Below, in pieces: positions 58,672 to 64,000 of a DNA stretch of 64,000 nt. The stretch spans positions 35,119 to 99,118 of the forward strand of contig CAZSFZ010000002.1 of NCBI GenBank assembly GCA_964606385.1, given 5' to 3'. This DNA comes from an uncultured bacterium. GTDB lineage: Bacteria; Omnitrophota; Omnitrophia; Omnitrophales; Aquincolibacteriaceae. How positions within the stretch are numbered: the stretch's first letter is position 1; every line of letters starts with the position of its first letter. The position numbers were made by a program, and so were the translations under genes. A model generated the notes under the pieces. That model worked only from the letters and a program-made list of their open reading frames with translations. It was not told the DNA's origin and searched no databases.

Positions 58672-60561
58672 TTAACCGGCTTTCACCTCTTCCACCGATT
58701 TTTTGAGCATCCGGCAATAGAGGTCGAAACCGACGGCGTGGATGAAACCGCTTTGCTCATGTCCGAGGAGGTTCCCGGCGCCGCGGATCTCGAGATCTTC
58801 CATGGCGATCTTGAACCCCGATCCCAGTTGCGTGAATTTTTCGATCGCGTGAAGCCGTTTTTCCGCGTCCTGCGTCATGACCCAATTCTTGGGGATCAGG
58901 AAGTAGGCGTACGCCTGCCGCTTTTCCTTGAACCGGCCCACGCGGCCCCGCAATTGGTAAAGGTCCGCAAGCCCAAAACAGTCGGCGCGGTCCACGATGA
59001 GCGTATTCACATTCGGAATATCGATCCCGGACTCCACAATGCAGGTCGAGATCAGGCAGTCGATCTCGCCTTTCAGGAACCTTTTCATCACATTTTCCAG
59101 CATGTCGACATGCATCTGTCCGTGCATCACACCGAAGCGTACCCCCGGCAAAAGCTTCGTCAACCGGTCATGGACCCGGTCGATCGATTGCACGCGGTTA
59201 TGCACAAAATAGATCTGCCCTTGGCGCGCGAGCTCCCGCTCGATCGCCTGTTTGATGATATTCTCGTGATATTCCATCACAAAGGTCTCGACCGGCATGC
59301 GGCTCTTGGGCGGAGTATCGATCACGGACATGTCGCGCACGCCGAGAAGCGCCATGTGAAGCGTCCGCGGGATCGGCGTGGCCGTAAGCGTCAGCACATC
59401 CACCTGGGTACGCATCTGCTTGAGTTTTTCCTTGTGCCGCACGCCGAAGCGCTGCTCCTCGTCAATGACAACGAGCCCCAGGTCCTTGAAGCGGATATCC
59501 CGGGAAAGAAGCCGGTGCGTTCCGATCACCACATCCGTCGCGCCTTCCTGGAGAGACTTTACAATCGCCTTTTGCTGTTTGGGTGTCTGGAACCTCGAGA
59601 GAAGTTCGACCGTCACGGGGAAATTTTTCGCGCGCTCCTTTAAAAGCACGTAATGCTGCTCCGCCAGGATCGTGGTGGGCACAAGAAAAGCGGCCTGCTT
59701 CCCGCCCATGACCGCCTTGAAAGCCGCCCGCATCGCGACTTCGGTTTTGCCGTACCCCACGTCTCCACAGAGCAGGCGGTCCATCGGACCAGTGGATTCC
59801 ATGTCCTTTTTGACCTCTTCGATCGCGCGTCTTTGCCCCGGCGTTTCTTCGAAAGGGAATTCTGATTCAAATTCCTCCTGCCACGGCGTGTCCTTGGGAA
59901 ACGCGAGCCCTTGAAGCAGGCTGCGCTTGGCCTGGATCTCGAGGAGGTCTTTGGCGACCTTATGGAGCGCCGCCTTCGTCCTTTGCTTGGTCCGTTCCCA
60001 TTCCTGGGTGTTGAGCTTGGTGAGTTTTGGCTCGGCCCCGGACCCGCCAATATACCGCTCCACGGGCTCTTCAAGGGAAAGATAGAGGATCTCGCGTTCG
60101 GCGTATTCGATCGCCATGCAGCGGGTGCGCGCCCCTTGCATCTGAATGACTTTGGTGCCGAGGAAGCGGCCGATGCCGTACTTGAGGTGGACGATGATAT
60201 CGCCGCGTTCAAGGCCTTTCGTACCCGCCACCGGCTCAAAGGTCTCGAACCTTTCCTCCATGCGCCGGAGTTTTTTGCGGAAGAGGTCCGAGATCTCGAT
60301 CAGGAAGACTTCGTCAAACGTGGTCGTGCTTTCACCCGTCGTGAGTGAAAAATCGCGGATCTGGACAGGCACGTCCCCCTGGAACTGAACGCGGACCGGA
60401 AGACGGTAGGTCGCAGGATAGATGTCCACCACCCCGCCGCGCACGGCGAACTCCCCCGGAAGCGCGACATGCTCCCTCTTCTGATAGCGAAGCCCGGCGA
60501 GAAGCTCCTGGAGCGCTTCGATCCCGATCGGGGCGTGGGTCTTAAGGCGTCTGATCTCCAT
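58672..60561 (-). CDS. mfd: Transcription-repair coupling factor Mfd, short form lacking the N-terminal UvrB-homology module (D1a/D2) and the C-terminal D7
   Basis: The protein begins within D1b (GEFAVRGGVVDIYP...VRVQFQGD). It contains the RNAP-interaction domain and the full SF2 translocase (GDVGYGKTEVAMRAAF; DEEQRFGV; QLRGRVGR). It ends at ...LKKSVEEVKAG, where E. coli Mfd continues ~165 aa. Length is 629 aa versus ~1150. Confidence 0.8.
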   Translation of the reverse strand: MEIRRLKTHAPIGIEALQELLAGLRYQKREHVALPGEFAVRGGVVDIYPATYRLPVRVQFQGDVPVQIRDFSLTTGESTTTFDEVFLIEISDLFRKKLRRMEERFETFEPVAGTKGLERGDIIVHLKYGIGRFLGTKVIQMQGARTRCMAIEYAEREILYLSLEEPVERYIGGSGAEPKLTKLNTQEWERTKQRTKAALHKVAKDLLEIQAKRSLLQGLAFPKDTPWQEEFESEFPFEETPGQRRAIEEVKKDMESTGPMDRLLCGDVGYGKTEVAMRAAFKAVMGGKQAAFLVPTTILAEQHYVLLKERAKNFPVTVELLSRFQTPKQQKAIVKSLQEGATDVVIGTHRLLSRDIRFKDLGLVVIDEEQRFGVRHKEKLKQMRTQVDVLTLTATPIPRTLHMALLGVRDMSVIDTPPKSRMPVETFVMEYHENIIKQAIERELARQGQIYFVHNRVQSIDRVHDRLTKLLPGVRFGVMHGQMHVDMLENVMKRFLKGEIDCLISTCIVESGIDIPNVNTLIVDRADCFGLADLYQLRGRVGRFKEKRQAYAYFLIPKNWVMTQDAEKRLHAIEKFTQLGSGFKIAMEDLEIRGAGNLLGHEQSGFIHAVGFDLYCRMLKKSVEEVKAG

Positions 60562-60628
60562 GACGTGTTATTTTAACACAAAATGAAGACACCCATTCCG
60601 CGGAAGAGAGGCAACTTGAAGAGGAGAA

Positions 60629-61795
60629 TTATTTGAAGATCTTGGCGATGCGCTGGACGGCAGTTTCGATATCTTTTTCGGAACAAGCGTAGCTCATGCG
60701 GATGTGCTGCGGGCTGCCGAAAGGTTCGCAAGGAATGACGGCGACATGGACTTCGTCGAGAAGCCTTTTCGCGACCTCAAAACCCTTAAGGCCCGTTCCC
60801 GAGATATCCACAAAGAGATAGAAGGCCCCGTTCGATTTGAAGGGCTTGAAGGACTTCACGGCCTTGAGTTTTTCAATGAAAAGGTCGCGGCGTTTCTGGA
60901 ACACCTCGCACATTTTTTCGGCTTCCGCGTCTCCCTGATCCAAAGCGACCACGGCACCGGGCTGCGTGAAAGAAACAGGATTGGAGGTCGAATGGCTCTG
61001 GATGCTTTCGACGGCCTTGGCCAGGGTTTTGTCCGGGAACGCGGCATAACCAAGCCGCCATCCCGTCATCGCGTAAGCCTTGCTGTGCCCGTTGACGATC
61101 ACCGTGCGTTTGGCGATCTCGGGGTCGAGCGACGCGATCGAGGCGTGCTTCCGGCCGTCAAAAACAAGCTTCTCGTAGATCTCATCGCTTAACACGATCA
61201 CATTCGGGAATTTTTTGAGCACCGCGCAAAGGGCCTTGAGCTCTTCGGCGGTATAGACCGCGCCTGTCGGGTTCGATGGCGAATTGAGGATGAGGATCTT
61301 GGACTTGGGCGTAAGCGCTTTTTCAAGCACTTCAGGGGTGATCTTGAAATCCGTCTTTTCCGTGGAAGACAGAAAAACGCTTGTCCCGCCGAGTACCGTC
61401 ACCATCTCCGGATAGCTCAGCCAATACGGCACCGGGATCAACACTTCATCGCCGGAGTTCAGGAGCGCGAAAAGCACATTAAAGATGACGTGCTTGGCGC
61501 CGCAGCCGACCACGATCTGTTCCGGCGTGAAATCCAGCCCCTGGTCGCGCTTGAGTTTGCGGCAGATGGCCTGACGGAGCTCTACGGTCCCCGGGACGGG
61601 AGTGTACTTGGTGTTCCCTTTTTTGAGGGATTCGATCGCGGCGTCCTTGATGAAAGCGGGCGTGTCAAAATCCGGCTCGCCGGCGGAGAGGGAGATCACG
61701 TCGATCCCCTGCGCCTTCATCGCTTTCGCCTTGGCAGCGATCTCAAGCGTGACCGAAGGCTTGACCGACAAAACTCGCGCGGAAAGCTCCATCAT
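60629..61795 (-). CDS. Aspartate/aromatic aminotransferase (class I PLP-dependent)
   Basis: A PLP-lysine region (NGHSKAYAMTGWRLGY) and LSAGEPDFDTP near the N-terminus are present. Length is 388 aa. Confidence 0.85.
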   Translation of the reverse strand: MMELSARVLSVKPSVTLEIAAKAKAMKAQGIDVISLSAGEPDFDTPAFIKDAAIESLKKGNTKYTPVPGTVELRQAICRKLKRDQGLDFTPEQIVVGCGAKHVIFNVLFALLNSGDEVLIPVPYWLSYPEMVTVLGGTSVFLSSTEKTDFKITPEVLEKALTPKSKILILNSPSNPTGAVYTAEELKALCAVLKKFPNVIVLSDEIYEKLVFDGRKHASIASLDPEIAKRTVIVNGHSKAYAMTGWRLGYAAFPDKTLAKAVESIQSHSTSNPVSFTQPGAVVALDQGDAEAEKMCEVFQKRRDLFIEKLKAVKSFKPFKSNGAFYLFVDISGTGLKGFEVAKRLLDEVHVAVIPCEPFGSPQHIRMSYACSEKDIETAVQRIAKIFK

Positions 61796-61807
61796 CTTCT
61801 CCGAAAA

Positions 61808-62371
61808 TTAATTTTCGTCGCCTTTGAGGAATTTTCTGAGCTTGCCCAGGAACCCGCCCTTTTTCTCCGAATCCTTCTTCTCTTCTTTCTTCGGAGCCTC
61901 GGATTCCTTTTTAGCCTCGACGGCTTTAGGGGATTCCTTGGCCGGCGTTTTTTCCGAAGCTTTTTCGGCAGGCTTTGCGGCTTTTTTCTTTTTGGCCTTT
62001 TTGGCGGGAGCCTCGAACACGGCGGTCCATTCCAAAAGCGCCATTTGAGCGCCGTCGCCGGCGCGATAGCCCATGCGAAGCACGCGGGTATAGCCGCCCT
62101 TACGGTCCTTGAAAAGCGGGGCGATCTGCGTGACCAGGATGCGCGCGATCTCGGGATCCCGGACCTTGGAGATCAGAAGCCGGCGGGCATGAAGCCCGTC
62201 GCGCTTCGCGATCGTGATCATCTTGTCCGCGAGCGCGCTGGTCTCTTTGGCCTTGGCGTGCGTCGTCTCGATGCGTTTTTTCAAGACAAGCGCCCGCACG
62301 AGGTTCCGGAGCTTCGCGGTGCGGTGTGAGGTAACGACCCCTAATGTCCTTCTACGGCGTTGATGGCGCAT
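61808..62371 (-). CDS. rplQ: 50S ribosomal protein L17 with a ~65-aa Lys/Ala/Glu-rich C-terminal extension
   Basis: MRHQRRRRTLGVVTSHRTAKLRNLVRALV...TTHAKAKE is the L17 core of ~120 aa. The tail reads APAKKAKKKKAAKPAEKASEKTPAKESPKAVEAKKESEAPKKEEKKDSEKK. Confidence 0.9.
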   Translation of the reverse strand: MRHQRRRRTLGVVTSHRTAKLRNLVRALVLKKRIETTHAKAKETSALADKMITIAKRDGLHARRLLISKVRDPEIARILVTQIAPLFKDRKGGYTRVLRMGYRAGDGAQMALLEWTAVFEAPAKKAKKKKAAKPAEKASEKTPAKESPKAVEAKKESEAPKKEEKKDSEKKGGFLGKLRKFLKGDEN

Positions 62372-62380
62372 GGCGGATCC

Positions 62381-63388
62381 TTATAATTCTGAAGGGGCTG
62401 CGGCGGCCGCGCCCTTGTTCGGCACAGAGTCCTCAATGTTCATCCCGAGATGCAGGTTCATCCCGGTCAGGATGGCATTGATCTCGTTTAAGGACTTCTT
62501 TCCGAAGTTTTTGTATTTGAGCATTTGCCCTTCGGTCTTCTGGATCAGGTCGCCGATCGTCTTGATGTTGGCGGCTTCCAGGCAGTTGGCGCTGCGGACC
62601 GAAAGTTCGAGCTCGCTGATCGGCTTGTGGATCATGTCCAGGAACTCCTTGTCCTCGACCTCTTCCTCTTCCTCTTCTTCCGGAAGTTCGCCGTAGTTCA
62701 CGAACACATCGAGATGGCGCTGAAGGATGTTCGACGCGTAAAGAAGGGCTTCTTCCGGGCCCATGGCGCCGTTCGTCCAGATCTCGAGGAGCAGGCGGTC
62801 ATAATCGGTGGTCTGTCCCACACGGGTGTCTTCCACGTAGAAGTTCACCTTGGTGACGGGCGAGAAGGAAGAATCGACGGTCACCACCCCGATCGAAGCG
62901 TCTTCCTGCTTGTTCTTCTCGGCGGACACATAACCGCGGCCCCGGCCGACTTCCATTTCCATCTTGAAGTTCTGGTTCTTGCTCAGCGTGCAGATCACAA
63001 GGTCCGGGTTCACGATCTCGACGGTCTCATCCGCCTGGATGTCGCCCGCCTTGACCGGCCCCTGTTTCTTGACGTCAATGAAGATCTTCTTCGGCCCTTT
63101 GCCGTGATAGCGGAGCACGAGTTTTTTCACGTTCATGACGATCTGGGCGCCGTCTTCGACCACGCCGTCGATCGCGGAAAATTCGTGCAGCATCCCTTCG
63201 ATCTTGATCGAGGTCACCGCGGCCCCGTCGATCGAGGAGATCAACACGCGGCGAAGCGCGTTCCCGATCGTGGTCCCGTAACCGCGTTCGAACGGTTCGG
63301 CAACGAACTTGCCGTAATTGGGCGTCAGCGACCCTTGTTCCGCTTCGAGGCGCTTCGGCATTTCAAAAGTTTTCCAGCGAATACCCAT
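62381..63388 (-). CDS. rpoA: DNA-directed RNA polymerase alpha subunit
   Basis: The NTD reads ...FEMPKRLEAEQGSLTPNYGKFVAEPFERGYGTTIGNALRRVLISS. The C-terminal domain contains the helix-hairpin-helix segment ISELELSVRSANCLEAANIKTIGDL. Length is 335 aa. Confidence 0.95.
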   Translation of the reverse strand: MGIRWKTFEMPKRLEAEQGSLTPNYGKFVAEPFERGYGTTIGNALRRVLISSIDGAAVTSIKIEGMLHEFSAIDGVVEDGAQIVMNVKKLVLRYHGKGPKKIFIDVKKQGPVKAGDIQADETVEIVNPDLVICTLSKNQNFKMEMEVGRGRGYVSAEKNKQEDASIGVVTVDSSFSPVTKVNFYVEDTRVGQTTDYDRLLLEIWTNGAMGPEEALLYASNILQRHLDVFVNYGELPEEEEEEEVEDKEFLDMIHKPISELELSVRSANCLEAANIKTIGDLIQKTEGQMLKYKNFGKKSLNEINAILTGMNLHLGMNIEDSVPNKGAAAAAPSEL

Positions 63389-63444
63389 GGTGTTTCCTCC
63401 TTATGCGAGTCCAGTAAAAAACTTCTTCAAAACAGCCCGTTGTG

Positions 63445-64000
63445 TTATTTCGAGTACAATTCGACGATCAGCGCTTCTTCCACGGGGATCCCCGCGTCCG
63501 CTTTGGTGGGCAGCCGGGTGATCGTTCCGGTCAATTTTTCGCGATCGAGCGCGAGCCATTCCGGCGCGCTCAGGTCTTTCCACTTCTCGAGGCTCGCCTG
63601 GATCCTCTTGATCGTCGCTTCTTTCTGCTTTACGGTAATCTTGTCCCCGACCTTGCAGATATAGGACGGGATGTTCACTTTCTTGCCGTTCACCGTGATG
63701 TGCCCGTGCCCGACCATCTGGCGCGCTTCCCTGCGGGAACCGCCAAACAGGAGCCGGAACACGACGTTGTCCAAACGGCGTTCGTGAAGCTGGATCAGCA
63801 TTTCACCTGTAACGCCCTGCATCCGGACCGCGCGAGCAAAAAATACGCGGAACTGACGCTCCGTCACGCCATAGATCCTTTTCATTTTCTGTTTTTCGCG
63901 AAGCTGAACGCCGTAGTCGGAGATCTTCTGGCGGGCCAAACCGTGCTGGCCGGGCGGCTTCGATAAACGCTTGTCATGCTTCTCATCGGTCGTACGGCGA
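63445..64000 (-). CDS. rpsD: 30S ribosomal protein S4, 5'-truncated by the window edge
   Basis: ...KPPGQHGLARQKISDYGVQLREKQKMKRIYGVTERQFRVFF...GHGHITVNGKKVNIPSY matches S4. The frame continues upstream past position 64000. Confidence 0.9.
   Translation of the reverse strand, partial: RRTTDEKHDKRLSKPPGQHGLARQKISDYGVQLREKQKMKRIYGVTERQFRVFFARAVRMQGVTGEMLIQLHERRLDNVVFRLLFGGSRREARQMVGHGHITVNGKKVNIPSYICKVGDKITVKQKEATIKRIQASLEKWKDLSAPEWLALDREKLTGTITRLPTKADAGIPVEEALIVELYSK

Overview
All confidently called genes in this ~58% GC window lie on the minus strand; they are tightly packed, and many overlap by 1-4 nt. Reading 5'->3' along the minus strand, the order is: rpsD-rpoA-rplQ, an aminotransferase, a truncated mfd, surA-pdxA-rsmA, ispB, rsmI, purN, eno, ftsB, a secreted alpha/beta-hydrolase-like protein, ilvBNC-leuA, a shikimate block (aroE-pilD-aroC-aroK-aroB), a low-GC ORF6N insert, dprA, an RDD protein, a small basic hypothetical, topA and xerC/D. 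A long LPS inner-core operon follows: waaA, lpxK, an LpxL-DUF1022 fusion, a GT4-GT9 fusion, four tandem GT9 heptosyltransferase paralogs, a 4Fe-4S protein and a DUF3108 protein. Then come DUF1846 and an FmdB zinc ribbon, then hldE(kinase)-kdsB-pyrG-kdsA-kdsD, an LpxL-family acyltransferase, lptC/A-like, lptB, hpf, ptsN, yvcK, ptsH and ptsI. The window ends with a PGI/PMI-like SIS isomerase, a sugar nucleotidyltransferase, metK, ahcY, an Fe-ADH, an ABC-F ATPase and a 3'-truncated rho. No rRNA, tRNA or CRISPR was seen. Nothing here reads as a clearly novel biological system. The most notable observations are: (i) a short GGGCCACG/GTGGCCC-based repeat present in the ilvC-leuA spacer and as an in-frame insertion inside rsmA; (ii) a loop motif (CCTTAAAAT(T)GAAT) displayed in three hairpins at two operon junctions, each ~32 nt upstream of a start codon; (iii) several near-consensus sigma70-like promoters sharing a TAGAAT -10 box and a duplicated downstream block; (iv) a low-GC ORF6N insertion; (v) domain-truncated mfd and rho; (vi) an expanded GT9 array and fused LPS enzymes with an embedded Fe-S protein. 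Functional calls rest on my own reading of the translated motifs and gene order; no database search was possible.
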